A stretch of DNA of 64,000 bases, from positions 6,193-70,192 of the forward strand of contig JAHEIE010000119.1 of the NCBI GenBank assembly GCA_024639505.1, written 5' to 3'. The position numbers and the translations under genes are program-made. This document shows, piece after piece, positions 39,201 through 47,961 of this stretch; the first letter of the stretch is position 1; the number at the start of each line of letters is the position of its first letter. The DNA is from Crocinitomicaceae bacterium. GTDB taxonomy: Bacteria > Bacteroidota > Bacteroidia > Flavobacteriales_D > CAJJDF01. A model generated the notes under the pieces. The model was not told the DNA's origin, did not search any database, and worked only from the letters and a program-made list of their open reading frames with translations.

Positions 39201-41863
39201 CTGATTATTACCTATACGGTGTTATGTTCTATTACCAAGGAGGAGGGATTGTAGAAAATAATGTAATTGAACAAATGCCTAGTGCACCGACAACTTCTTA
39301 TGGACTATATGTTTATTACAACGACAGTGCAAAAATTAGATCGAATAAAGTAACCTTGACAGGTTCAGGAACTAACTATGGTCTTTATGTAGCTTATAAT
39401 TATGGTTCTCCAACGAATAAGGTGGAAGTGTATAATAACATGATTGTTACATCTCCTAGTTCTACCGGAACAAGTTATGGGCTATACTTAGCTTATGGTA
39501 AGCATATAAATATATACCATAATTCAGTAAATGTTTTAGGAGGGAGTTCAACTGGAGGTAGAGGATTCTATTGTGCAGGAAGTACTTCAACGACTTATGG
39601 AAATGTAAATGTTAGAAACAATATTTTTGCAAATGCAGGGCCAGGAGATGGTATGTATATTTTAACAGGAGCAACTACAGGATTCTTAGATGATATGGAT
39701 TATAATATTTTTAGTGCAAATGGAGGGAACTTAATTAGCTTGAACGGAACAGCTCACGCTACTGTAGCTTCTTATACTGCTGCAACAGGATTAGATTCAA
39801 ATAGTTTGTCAGGTAACCCAGGATTTTTATCTGCAACAGATTTGCACTTGCAGGGAGCAATTGCATATGATAATGGAGATCCAACTGTAGGTGTAATGGT
39901 TGATATCGATGGTGATACAAGGCCATTAGCTCCATCTACAGGATGGGATATTGGTGCGGATGAATACATTCCACCAACATGTCCAAGTCCATATTCTATG
40001 AATGTTACAGCTCTTACTACAACTAGTGCTAACCTAGGATGGACAAACGGTCCAGCCGATAGTATTTGGGAGATTCAGTATGGAGCTCCAGGATTTACTT
40101 TGGGAACAGGTACAACAATTAATTCAGCAACTAACCCTGCAGCAATGACAGGATTGACTCCCTCAACATGTTATGATGTTTGGTTGAGAAGTATTTGTAC
40201 AGTTGGAGATACAAGTGTATGGACAGGACCATTTAACTTCTGTACAAGATGTGCACCAGTTACTGATTACTGTACAAGTTTTGATGCAGATGCTCTAGCT
40301 TCTACACCTTTCTGTTGGAACACATTTATCAATACAACTTCAACGGGTCAAATAAGAACGTACAATTTTAACCAAAATACGGGCACTCAATGTCTGTACA
40401 TGTATAATTCAGCTGATGCGTCAGCAACAATGATGATAATAGCTCCTGAAGTTTCAAATTTAGCTTCAGGAACACACAGAGCTAATTTCTGGTTGAGAGG
40501 TGATTCTACCGTTGTTGTGGGAACTATGAGTGATCCAACTAATCCAGGAACATTTACTCCTTGGGATACAATTCCACCATCAATGATGAATACTGGAGCG
40601 TATACAAATTTTAAAGTAGGCTTTGATACGTATACCGGAACAGACACTTACGTTGCATTCTTATGGGTTCCAGGAGCGACATATGATTATGTATATATGG
40701 ACGATTACTGTTGGGAGACTATCCCATCTTGTGAGAAAGCTCCATCAGTAGTAATTCTTAATTCTGGTGTGGATTCCACTTCATTGAATGTAGGATGGAA
40801 TATTGATACTACTCAAGTAAGTTATATGATTGCTTATGGTCCTTCTGGTTTCGATCCAATCACAAACCCAGCTGGTGGAGATACTACAACTTCGACAACT
40901 AACTTTAAGACGATTTTAGGATTACAGCCTTTAACAGAATATTGTGTATGGGTGAAAGCAATCTGTACAAATGGAGATACAAGTTTCTGGGATGGACCAC
41001 ATTGTGGAAGCACAGGATGTCCTTCTGCTACTGGATTGCCATATTTTGAGGATTTTGATACTTATACAACTGCATATCCAGCAGGATTGCCATTATGTTG
41101 GCAAGAGGCTAAGGGTGTTCTTGGTGGAGGATCAACAGGGATTCCAATTTCTTATGTGTCTTCTTTCTGGACACCAGATGGATTTGCAAATGTAGGAACG
41201 ACTGGAGCTGCTAAAATGAATATTTATTCAACGAATAGATTTGAGTGGATTGTTTCTCCTTCTATTAATTTAGGTTCAGATCCAAACAAAACGCACATTA
41301 TTGAATTTGATATTGCAATGACTGATTATGCTAATACAGGAGTAGGAGTTGTTGGGTATGATGACAGTTTAGCTTTTGTAGTTTCTTATGACGATGGTTT
41401 AACTTGGAGTCAATCTAATATCATAGAGTCTTGGGATACAAGCAACGTACCTTCTAATACTGGAGACCATTTCTATCACATTCTTAGAAATAAAACAGGA
41501 AAAGTGAAGTTTGGTTTCTATGCTACAACGACAGTAAGTAATGAAGACAACGATTGGTTTATCGATAATTTCAGTATAAAGGATACTGTTTTTGTGGGAA
41601 TTGATGAGATCACTTTGGAAGATCAGTTTATGGTTTTTCCAAATCCAAACAGAGGAGTTTTTAATGTTCAAAACAATGGTTCTGCAAAGAATACCAGTCT
41701 GAAATTGATGGATGTTCAAGGAAGATTAGTGTATGACAATGTTCAGAGATTCTCGAACAACGAAACTTTCGAGATAAATGCTGAAAACTTAAAGAGCGGA
41801 ATTTATATTCTATTAATTCAAAGCGAAGGGAAACTAGAGCAACATAGAATTGTAATTCAGTAA
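36203..41863 (+). CDS. giant T9SS-secreted surface protein: N-terminal domain, CARDB-like domain, 2 x (right-handed beta-helix + FN3), MAM-like, FN3, MAM-like, C-terminal sorting domain
   Basis: Signal peptide from the ATG at 36203 (MKKIYSILSLPSVIILLLFSLNLNAQ). PbH1-type coils carry a recurring YG(L/M)Y ladder (YYGMYWYGG, IYGMMCYY, SYGLYVYY, NYGLYLAY, TYGLYLNY). The helix-end motif is 'DIDGQARPL..YDIGADEYIPPTCP'. FN3 modules are Cys-bracketed. The CTD is 'FMVFPNPNRGVFNV..GIYILLIQSEGKLEQHRIVIQ'. Confidence 0.8.
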   Translation: MKKIYSILSLPSVIILLLFSLNLNAQDYSTRLVNQCFTTSVQTISFPGTTPNANGSGTFTLIYYNGDLDGTGTNLENIDITGETGPSLGNSLPTGQCNAARDSVSITIPMATINAWAATGGTIDIDLTTTSAVNLTLCGASLCVDAFLTYPVSTVPDDAGASLVTPTIICPGSDSVRVTINNYGTNQIDSVMVNWSKNGILQTPIHLKTLLDTATGVGSSSAIVNLGIHSFTAGVTENFSVWTTMPNGVVDTTTNNDTVVANIKPSLTGVYTIGGVSPDYATFAAALIDLYTIGVCGPITFNVRSGTYTEQIDMNPVNGSSAVNTITFQQDPTNTSPVVVTHAAIGAADNYVVRFSNSQYVTFDSLTITATGATYGYAIEFLTADHVTVKNCEINASATSTSSLSMPIRNTSGVGVEYCTIENNKLNNGYYGMYWYGGNTSSKEIGNVIRDNEIKNFTIYGMMCYYQAGNTVEGNYIEQSTSATSTSYGLYVYYNDSAKIRGNEVILYGSGTNYGLYLAYNYGSATNKTEVINNMISTSPTSTATTYGLYLNYGKHINVYHNSVNCNGGSVTGGRAVYITGSTSTTYGEMDVRNNVFVNSATGVALYALTGATSGFLTHLDHNIYQSNGTNLLSLSGTNHTLATWTTATSLDSNSINALPGFVTSTNLHLQGGVAADAGANVGVMTDIDGQARPLLPSTGYDIGADEYIPPTCPMGYGLNVFNLTATSADVTWTAGSSDISWVFEYGAPGFTPGTGTSIFSATDTISIPGLTPVTNYDVYVRGICGAADTSLYFGPVTFKTRCVSSLSGIYTINNTLPTAGVNYNSFADAMNALNSCGISGATIFHVKQGTYTEQVNIGTIIGTSSTSTITFTADPTNTTPAILTYAGTSTTDNYVVQFSGADNIIFDSLTINATGATYGYGFRFMTADNCVVRNCNINCSNNSSSQAVPVYNQGAAANLTQNCTIENNTITKGYYGLYWYGGSTALKELGNKVLNNNISDYYLYGVMFYYQGGGIVENNVIEQMPSAPTTSYGLYVYYNDSAKIRSNKVTLTGSGTNYGLYVAYNYGSPTNKVEVYNNMIVTSPSSTGTSYGLYLAYGKHINIYHNSVNVLGGSSTGGRGFYCAGSTSTTYGNVNVRNNIFANAGPGDGMYILTGATTGFLDDMDYNIFSANGGNLISLNGTAHATVASYTAATGLDSNSLSGNPGFLSATDLHLQGAIAYDNGDPTVGVMVDIDGDTRPLAPSTGWDIGADEYIPPTCPSPYSMNVTALTTTSANLGWTNGPADSIWEIQYGAPGFTLGTGTTINSATNPAAMTGLTPSTCYDVWLRSICTVGDTSVWTGPFNFCTRCAPVTDYCTSFDADALASTPFCWNTFINTTSTGQIRTYNFNQNTGTQCLYMYNSADASATMMIIAPEVSNLASGTHRANFWLRGDSTVVVGTMSDPTNPGTFTPWDTIPPSMMNTGAYTNFKVGFDTYTGTDTYVAFLWVPGATYDYVYMDDYCWETIPSCEKAPSVVILNSGVDSTSLNVGWNIDTTQVSYMIAYGPSGFDPITNPAGGDTTTSTTNFKTILGLQPLTEYCVWVKAICTNGDTSFWDGPHCGSTGCPSATGLPYFEDFDTYTTAYPAGLPLCWQEAKGVLGGGSTGIPISYVSSFWTPDGFANVGTTGAAKMNIYSTNRFEWIVSPSINLGSDPNKTHIIEFDIAMTDYANTGVGVVGYDDSLAFVVSYDDGLTWSQSNIIESWDTSNVPSNTGDHFYHILRNKTGKVKFGFYATTTVSNEDNDWFIDNFSIKDTVFVGIDEITLEDQFMVFPNPNRGVFNVQNNGSAKNTSLKLMDVQGRLVYDNVQRFSNNETFEINAENLKSGIYILLIQSEGKLEQHRIVIQ
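37001..38612 (+). repeat. intragenic tandem duplication, unit 1 (beta-helix + FN3, ~537 aa)
   Basis: It starts 'LTGVYTIGGVSPDYATF' and ends 'FGPVTFKTRC'. It is colinear with unit 2 along its whole length. Confidence 0.85.
38621..40252 (+). repeat. intragenic tandem duplication, unit 2 (beta-helix + FN3, ~544 aa)
   Basis: It starts 'LSGIYTINNTLPTAGVNYNSF' and ends 'TGPFNFCTRC'. Shared strings include 'TYTEQ', 'DNYVV.FS', 'FDSLTI.ATGATYGY', 'SYGLYVYYNDSAKIR', 'GSGTNYGLY.AYNYGS', 'YGKHIN.YHNSVN' and 'DIGADEYIPPTCP'. Confidence 0.85.
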
Positions 41864-41883
41864 TTTAAATATAATTAATGTGA

Positions 41884-41918
41884 AATGCCTGTTCAGAAAT
41901 GAGCAGGCATTTTTTTTG
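41884..41918 (+). terminator. rho-independent terminator after the first giant gene
   Basis: 11-bp stem aatgcctgttc/gagcaggcatt (one G-U pair), 6-nt loop, 7-nt T-run. Confidence 0.75.
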
Positions 41919-42001
41919 ATTTTAATTTTAACATAAAAATAATTCATTGTTAAATAAAAATTAATTTGTACATTGTTTGACAATTTAAAAATTAAATCAT
42001 A

Positions 42002-45000
42002 ATGAAAATAAATTACTTTTTGGCAATTTTGCTAACAGTTCTATTGTCGGTATCGGGTTATTCCCAATTAACTGCCCCGTTCACTGAGTCTTTTAATTCA
42101 ACTACGACTTTTCCAACAACCTGGACCCAGTCCGCCACAATTGGTGGTCCTTGGATAGTAGGAAGTACAATGGGTTATGCAGCCTCGCCTATTGTTGATC
42201 ATACAGGTACAACAGGAAGTTCTAGGGCTTGGATGGATTTTTCAGGAACTGACGGTGGTGTAATCATGATGTCCGATACAATAGATGTTTCAGCACTAAC
42301 CATTCCTGAGTTGAACTTTTGGTTTAATAATAATTTGGGTACAAATCCTTTAAGTCCATTAAATCAACTTTATGTAGAAGTTTACAACGGATCTGGTTGG
42401 TCAACTTTAGATACTTTACAGCAGGATAATCTTGGAATTTGGTCAGAACATTTTTACGCGTTAGGTGCTTATGTTATGCCTGGAGATAAATTATTGGTAA
42501 GATTTAGAGCTGAGCCAGGTGGATCTGCCTCGGGATCTGCATTTTATCATGATTTAGCAATTGATGACATTAGTATCAGGCAATTTAGCTTGTGTAGAGT
42601 GCCTATTAATTTGTCAGCAGATAACATTACTGATAATTCAGCTACAACTAGATGGAGTGCAGGACCTTCTACCGATACAGCATGGACAGTACAATGGGGA
42701 TTGGCTGGTTTCAGTATTGGAACAGGTACAACGACAACTGTTTTAGTTGATTCTTTAAATCTTTCAGGATTGGCAGATTTAACAACATACGAATTTTATG
42801 TAAGAGGATATTGTACTTCAGGAGATACTTCAGCTTGGGCTGGACCATTTTCTTTTACAACCTTGCCTAGTTGTGTTGCTCCAACGAGTCAGTCAGTTAC
42901 AGCAGTTACAGCCTTTTCCTCAACTTTAAGATGGTCAGCTGGATCCGGTCCTAATTCAGATACAGCTTGGAGTATTTTGTATGACCTAACAGGTTTTAAT
43001 CCTTTGACTTCTGGTACTTATGTGCACGTGAATGTTGATTCATTGAACGTAACAGGTTTAACACCTAGCGTGCAACACGATTTTTACGTAAGAGGTTATT
43101 GTAACTCGGGTGATACATCTATATGGGTTGGTCCATTTACTTGGAGAACTTTATGTATTACCGATACGATTCCCTATTTAATGGATTTTAACACATGGCC
43201 ACCAGCTTGTTGGGACATGACTGGAGGTGTAAACCCTTGGTTGTCATACACAGGCACTTCTGGTTATGCAGAAGCAAATTTCTGGAGCATAAGCACAGGT
43301 GATTATGTTATGACTTCGACTCCGGTATACACCGATAAGCATACTCGTGTTAAATTTAAATGGTCGCACCAATTTAATGCCTCATATCCGGATGATTCGT
43401 TGAGGGTTTTAGTAAAATTAGATACAGATACTGTTTGGGAGACCGTTTGGTCTTCAACGAATTTATCAAGTTTTGAATCGAATGATGGAGCTGGATCAAC
43501 AACACCCGGATCGTTTGTTTCTGAGTCAGTTATATTGGACTCAACTAAATATAAAAATGCAAGTGTTATGGTACGTTTTCAGGCGTTTACTGATTATGGC
43601 CCAGATTTATTTATAGATGATGTTGTAATCGAAGAGATTCCAACTTGTCCTGAGCCGAGTCTGTTATCGCATTATGCTTTATTTTACGATTCAGTTGCTT
43701 TAAAATGGACAAATGGTCTAGCTGACAGTATTTGGCAGATTGAGTATGGTCCTTCTGGTTTTGCTTTAGGATCTGGAACTACTATAATTGATAATAATGA
43801 TTCCATTGCTTTTGGAGGATTAACTCCTTCAACAACCTATCAAGTTTATTTAAAAAGTATTTGTAAAGTGGGGGACTCAAGTTCTTGGATAGGGCCCTAT
43901 ACATTTACAACACCTTGTTCATTTTACACACCTCCTTACTCTGAGGACTTTACATCTTATTCATTTTCTGTAAATCCAACTTGTTGGGAAGAGGCTAAAG
44001 GACAATTGACCGTTAACTCTACCTTATCAACAGGAACTTCACTTTGGGGAAATAGGCAGTTTGCAAACAATGGATTGGGTGATAATGCGGCAGTAATGAA
44101 CATATATTCTACCAATAGATTTGAATGGTTACTTTCACCGTCAATAGACTTAGGTTCTGGTTCAACTCCATATCAAGTTGAATTTGATGTAGCAATAACA
44201 GACTACTTTGCTTCAGCAGCTCCAGATGCGGCTGGATTAATGGGTGCTGATGATAAGTTAGCATTAATTATTTCAACGGACAATGGAGTAACATGGTCTG
44301 ATACAAATATTATAGAATTATGGGATACTGGAAATATGCCTTCCTTTACAGGGGATTATTTTTATTACAATCTGACTGCAAATGGGTACACTGGACTCGT
44401 AAGATTCGGATTGTATGCTGAATCATCAGTTTCAAATGAAGATAATGATGCATTTATCGACAACTTTGCGGTTGTTCAAGTCCCCACTTGTCCAAGACCT
44501 TTAGGATTAACTTTTGATAGTGCAACCCAAACAACAGCAAATATTAGCTGGACAAATGGAGCTGCAGATAGTTCATGGATATTGGAATATGGAATACCTG
44601 GATTTTCGCAAGGAACTGGAACTTTAGTGAATTCAGGAACTAATCCTGCTCAAATTTCTGGTTTGTCGGCAAGTACATGTTACGATGTATACATGAGAAG
44701 TATTTGTACAGCAGGTGATTCGAGTTTATGGATAGGCCCATTAAGATTCTGCACAGATTGTGCCCCAGTTATTGATTTATGTGAAGATTTTGAAGCTTAT
44801 TCTTCTGGCTTGCCTATTTGTTGGGAAAGGTTTGTCGTGTCCACCGGTTCATCATCGGTTCAGGTTTCTACTTTCGGTGGAAATGTAGCTCCTACTTCAG
44901 TTCAGATGAACTCAGGAAATGACCCAACTTCAACTATAATATTGATATCTCCAGAAATGACTGCATTAACTGCAGGAACTCATAGGGCTACATTTTGGTT

Positions 45001-46366
45001 AGATGGTTCTTTTACTCCTGATACAACCTTAATCATAGGAACAATGTCAGATCCTACTAACCCTGCAACTTTCTCACCTTGGGATACAATAAACGATATT
45101 TCCTCTTCATATCAAGAGTATAAAATTGCCTTTGACACATATACAGGAACAGATACAAGAATTGCCTTTTTGTACAATCCAACTGCAACTTTCAGAACAA
45201 TTAATATGGATGATTTCTGTTTTGAGCCAATTCCTTCTTGCGAGAAAGCTCCTTCAGTTCAAATACTAAATTCAGGAATCGACTCAAATTATTTAAATGT
45301 AGGTTGGAATATTGATACCTCTCATGTTAGTTATATCGTTGCATATGGTCCATTGGGTTATGATCCAATTTTGGCACCGGCTGGTGGTGACACAGTTACC
45401 TCATCAAGTAACTTTAAGTCAATTACTGGCCTTCAGCCATTATCTGATTATTGTATATGGGTAAAAGCGATTTGTACAAATGGAGACACAAGCTTCTGGA
45501 GCGGTCCATTCTGTGGCGAAACAGGCTGTCCATCTTCTACGGGAGTACCTTATTTTGAGGATTTTACATCCTACACTACTTCAGAGGTACCTTTATGTTG
45601 GCAAGAAGCTCAAGGAGCATTAGGAGGTGGCTCAGCAGGAGTACCTATTTCATATGGAACTTCCTTTTGGGCACCAGATGGATTTGCTAATGTAGGAACG
45701 AACGGTTCAGCTAAGATTAATATTTACTCAACGAATAGATTTGAATGGATTGTTTCGCCTTCAATTAATTTAGGTTCTGATCCGAATCAAACTTTTATAA
45801 TTGAATTTGATATTGCGATGACCGACTATGCTAATACAACTGCCGGTGTTGTCGGTTATGATGATAGTTTAGCTTTTGTAGTTTCTTATGACGATGGCTT
45901 GACTTGGAGCCAATCAAATATTATTGAGTCTTGGGATACAAGTAATGTCCCATCCAATACAGGAGATCATTTCTATCATATTCTTAGAAATAAAACTGGA
46001 GTTGTTAAATTTGGGTTTTATGCTACAACAACGGTTAGTAATGAAGATAACGATTGGTTTATTGATAATTTCAGTATAAAGGATACTGTTTTTGTTGGAT
46101 TAAATGAGGTCGCTGAAATGGCTAACTTTAAAGTTTATCCAAACCCTAATACTGGATTATTTACTGTTTTGAATGAAGGAGGTGCAAACCAAACTAGTTT
46201 GAAAGTTATGGATATCCAAGGAAGAATGGTATATGATGAAACTTACTTCTTTAATACAAATGGAAGAAAGGTGATTGATGTAAATACATTGAAAGCTGGA
46301 GTTTACGTATTGTTAATTCAAAGCGAAGGGAAACTTGAGCAACATAGAATTATTATTAATAAATAA
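42002..46366 (+). CDS. giant T9SS-secreted surface protein: 5 x alternating MAM-like (choice-of-anchor-J-like) and FN3 modules, ending in a sixth MAM-like module + C-terminal sorting domain
   Basis: Signal peptide 'MKINYFLAILLTVLLSVSGYSQ'. MAM-like modules end in 'IDD(I/V).I' or 'IDNF..' strings. Five Cys-bracketed FN3 modules lie at about 42593-42874, 42872-43156, 43646-43918, 44489-44761 and 45239-45529. The CTD is 'FKVYPNPNTGLFTV..GVYVLLIQSEGKLEQHRIIINK'. Confidence 0.8.
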   Translation: MKINYFLAILLTVLLSVSGYSQLTAPFTESFNSTTTFPTTWTQSATIGGPWIVGSTMGYAASPIVDHTGTTGSSRAWMDFSGTDGGVIMMSDTIDVSALTIPELNFWFNNNLGTNPLSPLNQLYVEVYNGSGWSTLDTLQQDNLGIWSEHFYALGAYVMPGDKLLVRFRAEPGGSASGSAFYHDLAIDDISIRQFSLCRVPINLSADNITDNSATTRWSAGPSTDTAWTVQWGLAGFSIGTGTTTTVLVDSLNLSGLADLTTYEFYVRGYCTSGDTSAWAGPFSFTTLPSCVAPTSQSVTAVTAFSSTLRWSAGSGPNSDTAWSILYDLTGFNPLTSGTYVHVNVDSLNVTGLTPSVQHDFYVRGYCNSGDTSIWVGPFTWRTLCITDTIPYLMDFNTWPPACWDMTGGVNPWLSYTGTSGYAEANFWSISTGDYVMTSTPVYTDKHTRVKFKWSHQFNASYPDDSLRVLVKLDTDTVWETVWSSTNLSSFESNDGAGSTTPGSFVSESVILDSTKYKNASVMVRFQAFTDYGPDLFIDDVVIEEIPTCPEPSLLSHYALFYDSVALKWTNGLADSIWQIEYGPSGFALGSGTTIIDNNDSIAFGGLTPSTTYQVYLKSICKVGDSSSWIGPYTFTTPCSFYTPPYSEDFTSYSFSVNPTCWEEAKGQLTVNSTLSTGTSLWGNRQFANNGLGDNAAVMNIYSTNRFEWLLSPSIDLGSGSTPYQVEFDVAITDYFASAAPDAAGLMGADDKLALIISTDNGVTWSDTNIIELWDTGNMPSFTGDYFYYNLTANGYTGLVRFGLYAESSVSNEDNDAFIDNFAVVQVPTCPRPLGLTFDSATQTTANISWTNGAADSSWILEYGIPGFSQGTGTLVNSGTNPAQISGLSASTCYDVYMRSICTAGDSSLWIGPLRFCTDCAPVIDLCEDFEAYSSGLPICWERFVVSTGSSSVQVSTFGGNVAPTSVQMNSGNDPTSTIILISPEMTALTAGTHRATFWLDGSFTPDTTLIIGTMSDPTNPATFSPWDTINDISSSYQEYKIAFDTYTGTDTRIAFLYNPTATFRTINMDDFCFEPIPSCEKAPSVQILNSGIDSNYLNVGWNIDTSHVSYIVAYGPLGYDPILAPAGGDTVTSSSNFKSITGLQPLSDYCIWVKAICTNGDTSFWSGPFCGETGCPSSTGVPYFEDFTSYTTSEVPLCWQEAQGALGGGSAGVPISYGTSFWAPDGFANVGTNGSAKINIYSTNRFEWIVSPSINLGSDPNQTFIIEFDIAMTDYANTTAGVVGYDDSLAFVVSYDDGLTWSQSNIIESWDTSNVPSNTGDHFYHILRNKTGVVKFGFYATTTVSNEDNDWFIDNFSIKDTVFVGLNEVAEMANFKVYPNPNTGLFTVLNEGGANQTSLKVMDIQGRMVYDETYFFNTNGRKVIDVNTLKAGVYVLLIQSEGKLEQHRIIINK

Positions 46367-46387
46367 ATTCTGATAGTAAAAGATATA

Positions 46388-46425
46388 ATCTCCAAGTGAA
46401 CGTTCACTTGGAGATTTTTTTTTTG
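46388..46425 (+). terminator. rho-independent terminator after the second giant gene
   Basis: Perfect 28-nt palindrome atctccaagtgaacgttcacttggagat followed by a 10-nt T-run. Confidence 0.85.
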
Positions 46426-46791
46426 CTGTTATTTATAAGTAGATAAAGTATAATGAGAATTTAATTCATATTGCCCCATTAAGAAGAAGGCGATAAAGGA
46501 TGTTTATTAGTGTTTAAGGCTGCTGAATTTAATTAATGATATTTGTTGTTCATAGCTTTCACTGACTTTATTTATTGAAATAATGAAGAAGATTGAATAA
46601 ATAAGTTATAGATATTTACTCTATTTAGAATTTGCTATTATTGTTGTTACTAAATGTGTATTCTGTCTTTTGTATACATTCATTTATAAATCAACAATAT
46701 TTTTGAAATGGTATTAGCAAATATAAATAGGCTTCCTTCTGTGAATGAATCACAAAACTGAAAAGGTTTTATTTTGAACATATTCTCCAAT

Positions 46792-46825
46792 AAAAAAGGG
46801 CTTGAATCACTTCAAGCCCTTTTTT
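46792..46825 (-). terminator. rho-independent terminator of sucD (bidirectional shape)
   Basis: 9-bp stem gggcttgaa/ttcaagccc with loop tcac, an A-run on one side and a T-run on the other. It lies 22 nt after the sucD stop. Confidence 0.75.
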
Positions 46826-46846
46826 AATATATGTAAATTGCGAGTT

Positions 46847-47719
46847 TTATTTACTTAAAGCCTCAGCAACTTTTTTACCAATTTCTGCAGGAGAACTTGC
46901 TACGCTAATTCCACATTCTGCCATGATTTTCATTTTTGCTTGTGCAGTATCATCATCTCCACCAACAATTGCTCCAGCGTGCCCCATTTTTCTTCCTTTT
47001 GGTGCAGTTTGTCCAGCAATAAATCCAATAACTGGTTTTTTGTTGTTTTCTTTTACCCATCTTGCTGCATCAGCTTCCATTGATCCACCAATTTCTCCAA
47101 TCATTACAATTGCATCCGTTTCGGGATCATTCATAAACATTTCTACAGCTTCTTTTGTAGTAGTTCCAATAATTGGATCTCCACCAATACCAATTGCCGT
47201 AGACACACCTAATCCTGCTTTCACAACTTGGTCTGCAGCTTCGTAAGTCAAAGTTCCAGATTTAGAAACAATTCCTACTCTCCCTTTTTTGAAAACAAAA
47301 CCTGGCATAATACCAATTTTTGCTTCGTCTGCAGTAATAATTCCTGGGCAGTTTGGTCCAATCAATCTAGAGTCTTTGTCCGTTAAGTAAGATTTTACTT
47401 TTACCATGTCGTTTGTCGGAATTCCTTCCGTTATACAAACAATTACTCCGATACCAGAATCAGCAGCTTCCATAATTGCATCGGCAGCAAAAGCTGGTGG
47501 AACAAAAATAATAGAAACATTAGCTCCAGTTTCTTTCACAGCATCTGCCACAGTATTGAATACTGGCTTGTCAAGGTGTTTTTGACCACCTTTTCCTGGA
47601 GTTACACCTCCTACAACGTTTGTACCGTACTCAATCATTTGTCCGGCATGGAAAGTACCTTCGTTTCCTGTAAAACCTTGAACAATTATTTTAGAATCTT
47701 TATTTACTAGTATACTCAT
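46847..47719 (-). CDS. sucD: succinate--CoA ligase subunit alpha
   Basis: '[14 protein letters not shown]', 'IGPNCPGII', 'SKSGTLTYE' and 'MGHAGAIV' (phospho-His loop). Confidence 0.93.
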   Translation of the reverse strand: MSILVNKDSKIIVQGFTGNEGTFHAGQMIEYGTNVVGGVTPGKGGQKHLDKPVFNTVADAVKETGANVSIIFVPPAFAADAIMEAADSGIGVIVCITEGIPTNDMVKVKSYLTDKDSRLIGPNCPGIITADEAKIGIMPGFVFKKGRVGIVSKSGTLTYEAADQVVKAGLGVSTAIGIGGDPIIGTTTKEAVEMFMNDPETDAIVMIGEIGGSMEADAARWVKENNKKPVIGFIAGQTAPKGRKMGHAGAIVGGDDDTAQAKMKIMAECGISVASSPAEIGKKVAEALSK

Positions 47720-47949
47720 TGGATTTGCTTGATTTTTTTATGAATACTCAAAAGTAGTTTTTTATCCCTTCTTTTACAAAAAATAGAGTTTTATTATTTG
47801 GATAATAATTAATCTTGATATGTCATTCCTATAAAAATGTAAGTTTGAAAAGTGAAACCAATTATATAAATCGACCGAATGATTAAAACGCTTTTTTTTA
47901 AGAAATTGCCATTAGAATTAATAGCTGTTAAATAATCAAAAATAAACCT

Positions 47950-47957
47950 TAATTTTG
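47950..47957 (+). promoter_or_regulatory. -7 box TAATTTTG, 4 nt upstream of the mnmE ATG
   Basis: Exact TAnnTTTG. The ATG is at 47962. Confidence 0.35.
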
Positions 47958-47961
47958 AATT

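Noticed and set aside
36203-46366. The repeats in the giant genes as a CRISPR array, a diversity-generating retroelement target or a phase-variable shufflon
   Set aside because: The repeats are long (0.3-1.9 kb), in-frame and coding, with no short regular spacers. No reverse transcriptase, template repeat, invertase or flanking inverted repeats are present. Differences between the copies are largely synonymous rather than adenine-targeted.
46847-47719. sucD without an adjacent sucC, and rfbC without rfbABD, as signs of operon decay or horizontal transfer
   Set aside because: Scattered pathway genes are usual in Bacteroidota genomes. Both genes are full length with conserved motifs and have typical local composition.
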